Part shown: positions 12,555 through 26,240 of the stretch, in pieces | How the letters are laid out: each line of letters starts with the position of its first letter | Position numbering within the stretch: the stretch's first letter is position 1 | Origin: Phoronis australis | Lineage: Eukaryota; Animalia; Phoronida | Length of the DNA stretch: 64,000 nt | Reading direction: 5' to 3' | Assembly (NCBI GenBank): GCA_002633005.1 | Contig: NMRA01000043.1 | Coordinates: 246,857 to 310,856, forward strand | Translations under genes and position numbers: made by a program | Notes under the pieces: model-generated | What the model was told of the DNA's origin: nothing | What the model saw: the letters and a program-made list of their open reading frames with translations, nothing else | Database searches by the model: none

Positions 12555-14799
12555 TCGTTCTTTATTCAGTACAGAGCTGGTTTGCCGACACCGTGTGGTG
12601 CTTAAAAGAGTACTAAACACTGTTTGGATGATTTCAACCTCGTACTGTCACCTGCTAATGCATGTTGGCGTCTCACTTGAGTGGTGAAAACACAGCATTC
12701 AACTAAAAGCTTATACTCACCATTATCACATATTAGATATTATGGTTCTTAATGGCTGGTCTTTTCCTACAATTGTCGTGTAACTCACTTAAAGCGTAGG
12801 TCACGCTTTGCCAGTTGTGCAGACTTTGTAAGGAATTTTTTATTTTCCTCGGAATTATTTGAGGGTTGTCGTGATTATTATCTAGTTACAGAGAACCAGA
12901 TGGGAATGTCGTTTTCAGATTTTCAAATCTTTAAATATGCCAAAACTGGGTTTAGTATCTGTTTAAATAAAATATAAAAAGTAGAGGTATTAAATTTACA
13001 ATTTTGTCTCCTAAAAAGTATTAACCTCTAACAAGTATTTTCACCGCATGATGGTTAACACTACAGGTTTTCATCCTCTGTATTTAAGGTATGGTCGTCA
13101 TTGTTCGTACAGATAAGTGACTTGTTACAAGGCTTGGAATTGTCCACAGAAACGCGGATTTCCATTTTTTTTCTTTTATTCGATCCACATATTTTTGTTT
13201 TATTTCTGCGGAAAATCGGGATTTGCCATAAAATTATCGCAGTAAATTGGTTTCTCTCTGCGGCGTTGCTGACGACTCGAAAAGCGGAAACTGCTCTTTA
13301 TGTTTCAGAGGAACGAAAATTGTATAATTTCGGATCACAACCGCTCGAATTTGCCGACGACTCGTAACCATATATATAAGAAACATGTTTTCTTAGTTGT
13401 GAGTGACGTCATTGGCAATCGAGGAACAGACAAATTCAAGTGCCTGTGCCTGGGATAGCTTGGTTCAACAATGGCGTCTGCATTTGGTGTGAAGTTGCAG
13501 TGACAAATAGTGCAATTCTGCGGTCAAAAATGCGTGGAGCGTGGAGTTGACTGAACATTTCGTGGTAAAAGTGGATAAAAGAAACGGTCAATGTCTTCAC
13601 AAACCAAGGTTTGTGCTCTGTAAACTTTGAGAGAGGAACAATTACGGAATGCGTGGTCGAGTCGCCTTGGACTAAGTTGGAGTCAGAGGACTGACTGAAA
13701 ACGATGAAACGCTAGAAATAACAACTCTTCCTGAAAGGAAATTCAACCGTAACCGGTTACTTGTTGGATTGGAATCGTGGAATGTGAGTGATGTATGAAA
13801 TTCTTTTGTTTGATCCCGCATGCATGCCCGTTGCTGTTGGCTGCTAGTGCTAGGCCTGACCGCCTGAGTGCGATTTTCTACGTGCCGCTGAAATGGGACA
13901 CAAAGTGCTATTTTCGTTACTGCAAATGTGTTTTAAATTGCCTTTTATGTATTTCAATTTATTTTGCCATTTTTCGTGTTCTATGTTGTGACTCGAGTTT
14001 TGTAGTTCGAGAGAAGTGATCACGTGACAGATTCTGAATGATCTGATTGGTCTAAGCCATTGTTTACAAATTCTGCCAGTGACCTGGTAGGCCTAGTTAT
14101 TTCTTGTCACGTAGTTTCTTCTACACCAGTGTGGCGTATGAACAATTAACTCATGTAATCACTGTTTGAAACTGAAAAGTTTGGCCAACTTAGGATTGTG
14201 GTTGATGCATTATATGATTTAAAGTATGTTATTTTTTACTTTTATTTTTCCATACTAACTGTTGGGGTATGAGCCACAGGTTTTCGTCTTGACTTTTTTT
14301 CCATTTGCGTTGGAATTTAATTGCTTGTTGGAATTAAATGTGTATGTACTTCAGGCTTTCTAGATAATCTATGGATCTATTTTCAATTTTTTTTGTAATT
14401 TTGTATCGTAATTATAAGAATTGATAGTAATTTTATAGGTCTCCCTGCAGCAAATCAAGAATAAGCTCCTGCCACTCACATTGCAAATTTTTCATCATTA
14501 TCTTTATCATTTTAATTCTAAAAAATATCTTTTGTTGCATCTAATTGCCTTCATTGTTGTTGCTGAAATAGATGTCAGGTACTGCTTAAGATGAGTGCAT
14601 TTTTGCCAACACGCCACAGTAACAGGTCATCCTGTGGTACTAATGTTTACTTTCGATCTGTTGAGGTATGGTTTAGATTGAAATGTGTACTTAGCGCCGT
14701 AAAAATTTCCTCTTTTTTGTCATGGGTCATTCCAAGCCCTGTTATTAATATTCCGATTCCTGTTTTGCTAGTCATTGGTTAGGACTGTTGAATAAAAAC

Positions 14800-14922
14800 G
14801 TTATGATGTGGTAGGCATGTGTGAAACTGTGTCTTTATCTGGGAATAGGTGTATGGCCTTTGTTATGATGTGGTAGGCATATGTGACACTGTCTTTATCT
14901 GGAACTATGTGTATGGCCTTTG
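14800..14922. repeat. ~61-bp tandem duplication
   Basis: gttatgatgtggtaggcat...gtgtatggcctttg x2. Confidence 0.85.
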
Positions 14923-15235
14923 TGTGCAACAATAATGATTGAAACTTAGTTTGATTTATTTTCTCACCACTGGAGACGCTTTTAAGCAAAAATTGGTGTC
15001 AAATTGTGTTCACTGTGTGCCATTGATTGGTGTGCGTACAGAACGAAGACCTTTTACTGCTGTTTTGGAGTAATTCAAACCTCCAGCAAACTGCCAGCAA
15101 AAGTAACCCTTGTGACTGTTACATTACTGGCGTTTTTGTTGATAGCCGAAACGCTAGCATTTTAAACAGCACGTGAACCAGGTATGAGACACTGTTTGTG
15201 AAATAACCTGATGCTTTGGGTAAGAGCATATGGCA

Positions 15236-15422
15236 TTTGTTGATTGACTTAGGGTTGAAAGTTTGCTGGATATTTGTCAGGTGGGATACCAAGTTTTGTT
15301 GGTTGACTTAGGGTTGAAAGTTTGCTGTTCAGAATATTTGTCAAGTGGGATACCAAGTTTTATTGGTTGACTTACGGTTGAAAGTTTGCTGAATATTTGT
15401 CAGGGGGATACCAAGTTTTGTT
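15236..15422. repeat. ~60-bp tandem repeat, 3 copies
   Basis: ttgactta(g/c)ggttgaaagtttgctg...gggataccaagtttt x3. Confidence 0.9.
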
Positions 15423-16406
15423 GCATGAGAGAGAACTCAAAAACAATGAGTTTATGTGTGGATAGAATTTTGTGTTTAAACATTAAAGTGATCCTCCAAT
15501 GGATGAGGATTGAACTAAATACATAGTAAAATGTCTTATTTGTGGAAATGGTTGTCTATTTCATGGTTATAAATGATGCACTGTCTTGTAGATACAGTTG
15601 CATATGTTTCTGTTTAGTCCCTCTTTGAAGGCTTTTCCATTGTGTAGTGTAAAGTTAAATCTGTCCTTTGTTGTCATGACAACCTCTTGCAATAAATGGA
15701 TTGTTTTCATGTATGTGCGGTATGGATACATATTTTGCATTTAGGACAATTTGTAGCTTTCAGCTACTAATGGATTACTAGGAAGCTGTAGTTCAACTAA
15801 TTGCAGTGCCCCCTATGTTACTTTTTCTCTTACTCATAGATACTGGCTATAGGAGGCTCTAAAGCATGTTACTGCAAAGAAAGATGAAATGGTGACTTCA
15901 TGCACAGATAAATGCTATTTAGGATGTATTAAGTTCCAAGCATATTCAAATATTTCAAGCTATCTCTACGCCACATATGGATAAAGACGTCAACAACAGG
16001 TTCTCAACTTGCAAAACGCACATTTCAATTACTTCAACTATTCCCACTAATCGTTGCGCCACCTGCAGGCAATTCAGTGACTCTCAGGTCTTTCTTTCTC
16101 ACAATGCTAGTAATACTTCAGATGGCGCCACAATTGGTAGAATTAGTTGAATAGCTCAGGCAGGATAGTTTGAGATGGCTTGGGATTAGTTGGATTCAAC
16201 TAAAATCAGCTAATTCAACTATTCCTACTAATTGCTGCGCCACCTTCGGACATGAAGATAACGTACCTGACAACGTCCACAAGCTCACAATGTTAGAGAC
16301 TTCAATCGCGAATTTCAACTAATTCAACTATTCCCACTGCTCACTGCGCCACCTGCAGGGGCAGTTTGATAACAAACATGATGTCAGCAACAGGCTTGCA
16401 TCAGTG

Positions 16407-17351
16407 TAGGCAATGACCATCGCCTCTGTTGGCCCGAACCAGAGGCGATGCAGAGGCTATAGGCGCTCTGTACGCCGGAAGCTTTTCGGCGAATTATGCC
16501 TCGCACCGACTAAAACATCAAAGTCACGTTGTTATAAATACCTTTTGCGCATAGAGGAACACCTTACGAGGTTGTCGATGTGTCTTTAAAATTCATTCCA
16601 ACTCGAACAAATACTACCGTTATTAAACTTTTTCTTCGAGCAGTCCGTATTTCAGTTCCCAAAATCGTGAACTCACCATTTTCACTGGGCGCACGCCAAG
16701 AGATTTGACCTCATTCTTTTAACCCGGCTGAAGGTCAGAAATTGCGGTCTTACCGGCGAACTTTGAAAGCTAAGTCCCCGCCCTCTGCGTAAGTGCTGCC
16801 GGAAACCAGCCGTGCATTTGCCGTTTTGTTAAACATTAAAATGTCAGATATGTGCACAAAGACTATTAAATGTCATATCAACAGCATATATTTTTATCAA
16901 ATACAAACGATAATTCATTGAAATACAATCAGTTTCAAGTAACGCCAAATAAAGACAAGTAGTGGTGGCATTTTGGAAATGAACATTTGACTGACAAGAC
17001 CGCAATGGCTCACCTTTGGCCTATTTAAAAATTGAGGTTATGAAGTCGCATCACGTAACGAGTGAGGTAAAAATTGGAGCGTGCGCAGTATAAAAATAAT
17101 GAGTTCACGATTTTGGGAACTGAAACAGGGACTGCTCGATGAAAAAGTTTGATAACGTGAGTATTTGTTCAAGTTGGAAGGAATTAAATACATCGGCAAC
17201 CCCCTAAGGTGTTCCTCTATGGGCAAAAGGTATTTATAACAACGTGACTTTGATGTTTTAGTCGGTGCGAGGCATAATTTACCGAAAAGTTTCCGGCGTA
17301 TGGAGCGCCTATAGGAGCTGCATCGCCATCAGAGGCGATGGTCATTGCCTA
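16407..17351. mobile_element. Foldback MITE with ~270-bp TIRs, MULE-like
   Basis: taggcaatgaccatcgcctctg... / ...cagaggcgatggtcattgccta. Imperfect 9-10 bp TSD gcatcagtg / gcatccggtg. Confidence 0.85.
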
Positions 17352-17367
17352 GCATCCGGTGTTGATG

Positions 17368-18169
17368 CAGTGGCGGATCTAGGATATCACAAGGGGGGGG
17401 CCCAACTTTTTGTCCGGCTGTAAGCATTTGCGCAAACTGAATCACGATTGTAGATGCGCATAGCACCGAATTGGGGGGAGGTCGGGAGGGGGTTTGCCCC
17501 GGCCCTCCCGCTCAGGAAATTTTTCTGTTTTTACCTCTAAAATTTTCCTTGATTCCTGAAGACAAAAGAGGCAAAAAAGAAAAAAAAAGGAGAACGTGTC
17601 GAACAGCAAAAACTGCAAAAACTGAAGACTCGAACTCACGACCTCGCGCTCAGCGCGCGCGTGCGTTACCACTACACCACCACGACTTTCTAAAACAGCT
17701 ACTCATTTATGGTCCATAGCGTTTGCGCGCGAAAGCTACTTCTTTTTGTAATGCTCATTACACGTTTTATATTTTGTGCCATCAATTTGTCGTATTTAAA
17801 ATAGTCTTCAAATGGCCAAACGACCAAATCCGTTTTTCGTGTTGGCAATAATGACGGGCTTTGGAAATCGTCTTAAGATAAGGTTTGACAAAGAGAGTAT
17901 TGCGAGTTTCTGAGTGATTCACTAAGGCTTCGATTAAAATTCACATCTTACCAGCAGCTTCTGTTTTTTCATCGTCACTCAGGTTCCATTTTCTTTAAAA
18001 AATGAAGCAAATTTTCTTCATTGCACAGTGGAGCAGACGACGGAAACGGAGTCGTAGTGTGCAGCGCCACTGCCGGTCGCCTGGGATATCGCGGGAGAGC
18101 CTATAGTTCCGTTACGAATGCGCCGTGTTCCGAATTTGACACTTGAAATTGGATTTGAACCCCCCCCCC
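17368..18169 (+). mobile_element. hAT-like non-autonomous element, left part (runs into gap)
   Basis: Terminus cagtggcggatctagg followed by a G-run, as at 38925. Internal 17700-18169 is a close homolog of 47728-48214. Confidence 0.75.
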
Positions 18170-18879
18170 NNNNNNNNNNNNNNNNNNNNNNNNNNNNNNN
18201 NNNNNNNNNNNNNNNNNNNNNNNNNNNNNNNNNNNNNNNNNNNNNNNNNNNNNNNNNNNNNNNNNNNNNNNNNNNNNNNNNNNNNNNNNNNNNNNNNNNN
18301 NNNNNNNNNNNNNNNNNNNNNNNNNNNNNNNNNNNNNNNNNNNNNNNNNNNNNNNNNNNNNNNNNNNNNNNNNNNNNNNNNNNNNNNNNNNNNNNNNNNN
18401 NNNNNNNNNNNNNNNNNNNNNNNNNNNNNNNNNNNNNNNNNNNNNNNNNNNNNNNNNNNNNNNNNNNNNNNNNNNNNNNNNNNNNNNNNNNNNNNNNGTA
18501 GACGCACAACTCCCTTAGGATCAAAACTACGTTTTGTCTTTGTTTTCCCCGGCACCATTCTATCATAACCACACCTCGTTGGTTCAATGTTATGGCGAAT
18601 TTGTGAATGAAAGGACTGAGGGTATACCGAAGCTGTTCTGTACCTGGCGGGAGACTCAATTTACTTGAAAGCCCTTTAACCTTTGACCTTGGATAAGTGG
18701 TAAACAAATATCCACGCGGTTGTGCGGTTCCAAGGTGGTTCTGCTAAATCTTTTTTTTTTCTCGCTACGCAGTATATATTTCGTATTTGAAGTTCCCCGA
18801 GAATGAAGATAAGGTATTTTGCTAGACACAAGTGAAATATTGTAAAAATGGCCCATTTTTGTGAATAAGGTTGGACAAT

Positions 18880-19840
18880 AGTATCGCACTGGACACTGAA
18901 TGACCCATGACAGACAAAGTGCACTCTGGAATGGGTCCGGCAGAAACCAAAAAAGGACCCCCAAAAATGAGCTAGCACATACATTTGAGGTACCACAAAA
19001 ACCAACTCCATGTGTCACAGATAGCTAAAACCCCTATGGCAGACAAAATACACTCTAGGTTGTGCCCGGCAGAAACCCCCAAAAATCTCAACCACGTTAT
19101 GCCATCAAAAATTTGAGCTAGACTAGATTTTCGAGGTACCGGCCAAAACTGATTTTAAATGAACAATAGTACCGCACTGAACACCAAATGACCCCCGACA
19201 GACAAACTGCACTCTGGATTTTGCCCAGCAGAAACCCCCAAAAATCTCAATCAACGGTATACCGTCAAAAATTTGAGCTAGACTAGATTTTCGAGGTACC
19301 GGCCAAAACTGATTTTAAATGAACAATAGTACCGCACTGAACACCCAATGACCCATGACAGACAAATTGCACTCTGGAATGGGTCCGGCAGAAACCAAAA
19401 ATGACCCCCCCCCCAAAAAATGAGCTAGCACATACATTCGAGGTACCACACAAAACCAATCCCATGAGGTTCAATACATGTCACAGGTCACTAAATGCCC
19501 TATGACAGGCAAAATTCACTCTGGATTGTGCCTGGCAGAAACTCTCAACCAAAGTATGTGTTATCGAAACTTTGAGGTACCCGAGGTAGCGGCTAAAACT
19601 GACTTACAACCAATAATGGCGCCGCTCCAGATGATCCATGACAGACAACAAATTGTGCTCTGGAAAGCGTTCGACAGAAACTCAATTACACCGTAAAAGG
19701 AGCTAGGTCATCATTCGGGGTACCACAATAAACAATTTCCTGTGATTCAGATAGATGTTACTGGTTACCAAATACCCTATGACAGTTAAAACCCACTGTG
19801 GGTTGTGCTCGCCAGCCCCAGAAATCTCAACTACCGGTAA
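18880..19840 (+). repeat. Complex satellite-like array of alternating ~130-160 bp units
   Basis: Repeated gacagacaaa(g/c/t)tgcactctgga...ggcagaaacc...gagctag...gaggtacc. The same family is inverted at 26780-26874 and 37989-38645. Confidence 0.85.
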
Positions 19841-20399
19841 GTAATTTTGAAAATATATGACATATTAGATGAGTTTATACTTTTGCGTCTACTGAGCTCT
19901 CACAGTGGTTGTTAAATGAATGATGGTGGAGAGTAAGCATTTTGTAAAGTACCTGATAACAGTAAAACTTTGAGATTCCAGGAACTGTCTAAAAGCAACC
20001 CACTCAGTGAAGTTTAAGAACGCAGATTGTGTAAAATATCAAACGCTATCAAAACTGCCAGCAGAAAGGATATGTCAATGACAACACATGATGGCCCCTA
20101 AATTTTCGATAGATAGAGAAACCACGAAAATTATTTCCAAAGAGCCCTTTCATCCCATTAACTACTAAACAATACGTTGAAAGAAAAGTAACAGACGTGT
20201 TTTTAAAAACCTTCTTTAATCAAAATGAACTACATGAAATAGAGCAACACTTTCAAACAGCATAGAAACAGATAATTAAAATCGCTGTATCGACGAGAAC
20301 ATCAAGCCGCTGTACGTTTAATGTCAACAGTAGTTTCGTGTTAGTTTTAATACGCTTCAATATCAGATTCGTCACTGCTACTCCGGCTTGATTCGGGCT

Positions 20400-20707
20400 C
20401 GCTTGTTTCGTCATAGCCCAATTCCTCTACCTCTTGATCGGCTTGGTTTTCTTGTAAATGATCAGCACCTTCAAACAGCCAGGACATCAGGAACGACAGA
20501 TCCACAAAACCATTCGAGAGTGTAGTATCGATTTTGTACCTTCCAACCATAGGTAAGAGGATCCAAACCGTTTCCCGGATCGGCCGAATCCCCTCGACAC
20601 CAGAGTAAGGCAACATAATGGGCTCATTTGAGCTTGTTCAATAGTATCTTTCAGCAAGGAGGGAGCAATGCGCAGTCAATCTTCTTGATGTTGGACATCG
20701 GCTTTTC
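20400..20707 (-). pseudogene. Academ-like transposase C-terminal exon, decayed
   Basis: Acceptor tttatttcag at 20708, then KIDCALLPPC*KILLNKLK*AHYVALLWCRGDSADPGNGLDPLTYGWKVQNRYYTLEWF. Matches the LPP[CT]...RA.Y...W...P..YGW...W pattern of Academ proteins, followed by an acidic tail. Confidence 0.7.
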
Positions 20708-21046
20708 CTGAAATAAATAGTGAGAAAATTTTATTGACGAGGGACCAATTGTCTAAAAGCTGACGAACAAAAACATAAAACCTCGCCGCCATTTACTGTT
20801 TTTAAAGTATGACGTCAAACTGGGCCTTTTGGTTTAATAAATACTATGAAAACATTTGAAATTATTTTCGTTGCTTTTATGAACTATATTTTATCAATAA
20901 CAGTTATTACCTTGTTTATTTTTCCGGTCATCTCGATTGATTTCAGATATCTCGCTTCATTGACATCTTTGACTCCTCCCTTCACGAAATAGGAGGCATA
21001 TGTATTCTTCTAACTTTCTTTCGTCCGGGACATATACGCTTATTAA

Positions 21047-24000
21047 GAGTGACTCCATATAAAAACCAACAGGTAGAGTCTATAGCCAAAATCACCGATT
21101 TATTGAAATTTAGCACATGAGTTTGGTTTGTTGAGATGTAGAAAAACCTCACTTTTAAAGAATTTTCATTCATTATTTTTCTTTTTATGACCTGTACCTC
21201 CATTTTGCAACAAAATTGGGCGTCGAAGTAGGCATGTTTGAATGCATTTTACTAGCATGTGTGGTAAGGACAAAACAAATGAATAATACGAATTGAAAGG
21301 GCAATGACTGAATAATTTAATGGCATAACTTTCAAAATCCATTTTTAAATTTGTACGTTTTGACTTTGTGAGGCAAAAACGGCTATTTTTCAGGTTTTCA
21401 CTGAAGCCATTTTCGGCCAAATTTGGCACTCTGTAGCAGCCATAACGCAGCTTTCCTGAAATTGACTTTATAATAAGTTGTTTAGTGATTCCTAACCTGT
21501 TCATAATCTAAAGAGAAAAGGCAGACAGCATTATTAATTACCATTCTATGAAAACGGCATTGATGATCATTGCTTATTACATAAAATATGTAACGTAAAT
21601 CAACTGGCATGCGTGGTTCTAAATGATAGATGGCGCTGTTTTTGTTTACGTAGAGACTGAAGACGCATCTAGAATAAGAGCAGTAACACGAGGACCTTGC
21701 TATAATTCAAGACTTCGCGAGATATTGCCCTGCATTTTAAATGAGAACACGTGGTTTTGGATAAATTTTAGAGAGGTTCTAGTGTTACTGAACTCACCCC
21801 TGCCTTGTTTTCTATCTGCCTTGTTCGTGCCACAGGCAAAGGAAGGCACCCAAGGTGGATATGGCCCCTTAGTGTCCAGTGCAAAAAATCCTTCAACTTG
21901 TCAATAGTCATTGTAACTTTGGGTTCATATTGTAATGTCCCTGCTGGTTGCTACAAATTTTAGTCGCCACCAGTCTCCAGAAATCTGGTGTTCCCCCCAC
22001 ACACACCGGGCACCCTAACTGTTGTGTACAGGTCACACAATAACAGGATGTTTGGAGGTTGTTATTGTTTATGAGTTCAGTAGTTTAATTGGTATTATGT
22101 CATGCGATTCCTGGTATAGGAAGTGTGTCATAGGTAACGCATCACATGTTGTTATGTAGTTGTGTGTATATATATTGTTATGATATGTAGAATAAATCAG
22201 TTCAGTGTTCAGTTCACTGAATTCTGTTCGTTTCACTGCGTAGTTCATGGAGTGTCTACTTTATTTGACAAAGTAAGATACACAACACTAACGCTGAATA
22301 TTTCTGCCAGTGTGATCATCAGTGGTATAAAAAGGTACACATTCACAGTGAATAGACAATAATTCACAAGAGACAATTTTATTAATGACTCATTCATGAC
22401 AGACATGAAGTAAACAGAAGTAACGCTCTCGACTTCATATATCACACATCTTTGACTGGTATGGTACAAAACTAGGCTAAACGTTGAGCTCATTTACCAC
22501 TTCATTCAGTAAATCTGACGATATAACAGCATCTTCAGCAGAAATTGCATCGTCATAAACATTGCTGCAGACAACCTCGAAAAAATCCACCAATCTGCGT
22601 AAACACTTTACTAGTGGGTTCTCGTAATGTTTTCTCCATTTTGGCACTTCCGAGGGTGAACGTTTTTATCTGACTTATCTCCTTCATCGAATATGTTCGT
22701 CAGAAAGTTCTTAACCTTTGCTGAAAATCTTGTTGACCTTTTACCTTTTTTCAATGCCTAACCTATTGCTTCAACATTCGTCTCATCCAAATAGTACTCT
22801 GAGGCTGCCTCAAGTGACGCTCCGGTTCTGGCATCTGAAAGCATTTCTGACCACTGTCGTGCGATGTGGTCATACGTGGTTTCCCTCTATAAATGTTCAG
22901 TGTGGTTACCCACATCCAAATGCTGACCTAGTTCTGCGTCTGTAGCAAAAAATTTCGAGTAGCCTTGCTGGGTACAAGGGAACTTTTGTTGAGGCTCTTC
23001 ACTAGATAGAATGCCAACCTTAACTCTTGGTGTTGAAAATCCGCCATGTCTAGAGATGTTAGTGTATTTTAGAGAAATAGGTTTCCCATTTTCTCAGTAT
23101 TTGTAAGAACTTATCGTCACCTACATGGAATGATTTCCACTCGTGAATTCCTTGGGTGGAATAGTGGGAATTTGGGAATGTGCTTATACCATGAACTGAG
23201 TATTTTGGAAAAGACTTTGTTGCATTGACTGAACATGCATACACATAACATCCCTTCACACGGCCACTGGAAAGTAATGCTTCTTCCAAATCCAGAAAGT
23301 GTATGATATTGTTACCTTCGGCTACAACTAAGTACTTTGCATGTTGTTTGAGTGGAGCGATCTTGCGATCACAGAGATCCTTTCCATTCTGACTTTTACT
23401 AAAGTCATATCTCGAAACAGAAATGCCGGTAGAATTTGACAAGGCTGCTACGTTCAGAAGGAGATGAGCAGAGTGGTAACATCCAGCATTACATGACTCT
23501 TCCATGACTGGTCCTTTTCAGTCAGAAATTCACCGACTCTGGGTAGTACGAGTGCGTACTCTGGCACAGGCCTTGCTTTGTGAGGTAGTTTCCTGTATCT
23601 CAAATGTTCAGTGGTGTCTTTGACATAACTCACTCAAGCACAAAGCTTTTGTGATCGGATTTTTTGCAGAATAAACTCTAAAGGAACAAGAAGGCCCATC
23701 GACATCGTCCGCCATTTTGTCCTTTTAAAGTGCACTTGCTTCTCTCAAAACCAGTCATTACAAATATCAATTCTTACTCGTTTAATCTTAAAGGCGTTTA
23801 TTTCCATTTAAAATTTCTACAGAGTGTTTAAAATTAACCTGATAATGTAAAAGAAATGAAAGAATACAATAGGGTTACACGTACATTTTTACATATCCTC
23901 AAGCTTAACCTCAACTGACTCCCTCAGTGGGCAAAGGTCATCGGGTTCAGGTTTGATACTAGCCGCGTAATAAACCCGGAAAACATCTTGTTTTCATTTG

Positions 24001-24636
24001 AAAGAGTTTAGACTTGGTTTCTATAACTATTTAAAGCAGACTTCTTGCCTAAAAGTTTATTCAAATGGTCTGTAACCTCTGCTCGTCATTTCCAAACTAT
24101 GAAAATAGACAGTTTTGCAAGACAATTTTCACTAAGGTGCAAAGTTGAGGCAAGATTTTGTATTGCTCAGTCATTAAGACTAACTCCTTAACAGTATGTT
24201 CAAAACGTCACATAAGGCTACTAGGTGTTTTATGGCAGTAAGAAGGTCACAAAAATGGCCACTAAAATTAGCCCCAAAAAGTGGTCTGTGGATTATCTCC
24301 CCTGTCTAGCACAAAACTGTCAGATTGTAATAAATGACACAGAATTAGGTACAGTATACGGTGGTTATTTCAGCCACCAAAATATAGCTTTTGATCTATT
24401 TTGTATGTTACTCATTTTTGTTGCCGAAAACATGCGATTTTTGAGACGGCTAATATACCCAATTGTGCCAATTTGTGTTATCATGCTCCAGCGGCAAAAT
24501 TATGGGTCATTGAGCGCACAAAATTTGGCATTTGGGTTTATGTTAGGATACCTACCCATGTACAAAAAATGAAGTTGTTTTAAATTTTGACGTATAGACT
24601 GATTTTTGAAAATCTGGTTTTTATATGGACTGTCTC
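21047..24636 (-). mobile_element. Sola3 DNA transposon, decayed
   Basis: TTAA at 21043-21046 and 24637-24640, GAG...CTC termini, shared terminal motif GAGnnnnTCCATATAAAAACCA, internal Sola3 transposase remnant. Confidence 0.8.
22570..23640 (-). pseudogene. Sola3 transposase remnant
   Basis: SCNAGCYH...YDFSKSQNGKDLCDRKIAPLK (Sola3 SDNAGCYH / GKxxCDR motifs). Downstream FPCTQQGYSKFF...LGQHLDVGNH finger. Stops and frameshifts present. Confidence 0.85.
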
Positions 24637-24884
24637 TTAACTTTGAGAAGAAGCTGACAAGTGTCCCAGATGAGTCTTTCATCAGGATTTCCAGAGGCCT
24701 CACTTTCCTTTCCTATACAGTGCTGCTGTGACGTCATAGGCTGTGATTGCATGCAGACCAGGCAATGCTACAGCGAGACCCCTTGTTACCGAAACACGCT
24801 GTAGTTACTTAGAAATTTATTTCGCCAAGTATGTTGGTCTTCCATCAAGTTTTTACTTGGCGGAATTCTTCGAATTCTGACAAG

Positions 24885-25901
24885 TATGTTGCTATCGTCA
24901 ATTTTTTTTTGTTCGCACTGTACAGGTAGCAATTTTCGTCCGATTCTCACGAAGTTTGCACGCGACGTGTAGATCGAAAAGTCCTGGAAGCCTATTGTTT
25001 TTGGTCATGAACGAATTCAAAATGGCAGACGTGGTGGCCATTTTCTTTCTGATTTCAGAGTCAAATGCTCATAGAGGCCGCATTTTTCGACGTACAGGGC
25101 TGAAACGTGGTATGATTATTATAGAACACATGTGCTACAACTGTGCCGAAAATCGTTGACTTTAAGTCAAATATGGCAGAACTATTGGAAGTGGCGCATG
25201 CGCACCTCGTTATCTGGCCGAAAACGTGTAGAGGGCGCATTGGAGAACGAATCACTTTCAAACTGGTCACGTGTTTGTTGCTATTGATCAACTTTTATAA
25301 AATTTTGTTAAACCGGAAGTCACTTTCAAGATGGCGGCTGTGGTGCATTTGCACCCATTTTCAATCGTTCTGGTGTCGCATTTTTAACGGGAAGAGCAAA
25401 TGACGTGAATTTTTTCTTGTGGATTCCTTGAAGTATGCTCTTTCAAAAGTTCTGAAATAAAGTTTCTCTCAGACTTACCGTTTTCGAGTTATTTGACTTT
25501 GAATTTCAAAAAACCGCAAAATTTCAATTTTTTTAAAAAAATTAGGGAATGTTGCGAAACAATCAATTTAGATAGAATTTGTAACGGGCTTTCGTAAATG
25601 TTTTCCATTTTTCGACAGGACGTCTACTTTTCGAATTATTTGAGATTTTCTGATAGCGCTGTTCCTTTGTTGAGCTCTCTTACTGCATTGATGTTGGTTT
25701 AGTTTATTTGAACAAGACTGTAGCTTATTTCTTACTAATTTATGACGTCTAAGTTCGTCGTATGAATGTTGTGATGTTGTTCATCATCGCCACCTTCATC
25801 ATCACAATCGTCATCGTCGTTAATTTTGCCTATTGTCGGTCAAGACTGTAGGTAAGCACTAAACAATCAGGCCGCGGCCAGGGCCACGGAGCATTTTCTA
25901 G
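24885..25901 (+). repeat. Possible non-autonomous Helentron/HINE-like interspersed repeat
   Basis: Typical internal phrases (caattttcgtccgattctcacgaagtttg, caaaatggc) and a GC-rich end ggccgcggccagggccacggagcattttctag. Boundaries uncertain. Confidence 0.35.
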
Positions 25902-26240
25902 CTTCTATTGAACAAGAATGTAGCTTATTTCTTTCTGATTTATAACATCTAAGTGCGTCATATGAATGTTATGATGTTTTGCAGCATCATCACCATCGTC
26001 ATCATATTCGTCATCTTCTCCGTCGTCGTCTTTTCAGTTAATTTCGCCAATTGTCGCTCAAGCTAGACTGTAGCCTATACTTGCTGACTTACTGATGCCT
26101 CTACGTTCGTCTTGTGAATGTTATCATTACTTGAATTGTTCATCATCGCCACCATCATCGTCAAATTCGCCATCTTCGTCATCATCTCCAATCGTCGTCT
26201 TTTCTGTTAATTTCGCCAAGTGTCGCTCCTCGGAGCACTT
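25710..26240. repeat. Diverged ~170-200 bp tandem triplication with (CAT/CGT)n cores
   Basis: Units start near 25710, 25910 and 26065 with aga(c/a)tgtagc...gaatgtt...catcatc...gttaattt(t/c)gcc. Confidence 0.75.

Noticed and set aside
13470-13730. Possible decayed THAP domain (SAFG..., LCSVNF...)
   Set aside because: Motifs are too degraded, and no TIR or TSD was identified.
18018-18707. Long ORFs spanning N runs (also 29680-30887 and 48033-48524)
   Set aside because: Artefacts of translating gaps. Only the 28203-30020 part of the 848-aa ORF is real sequence.
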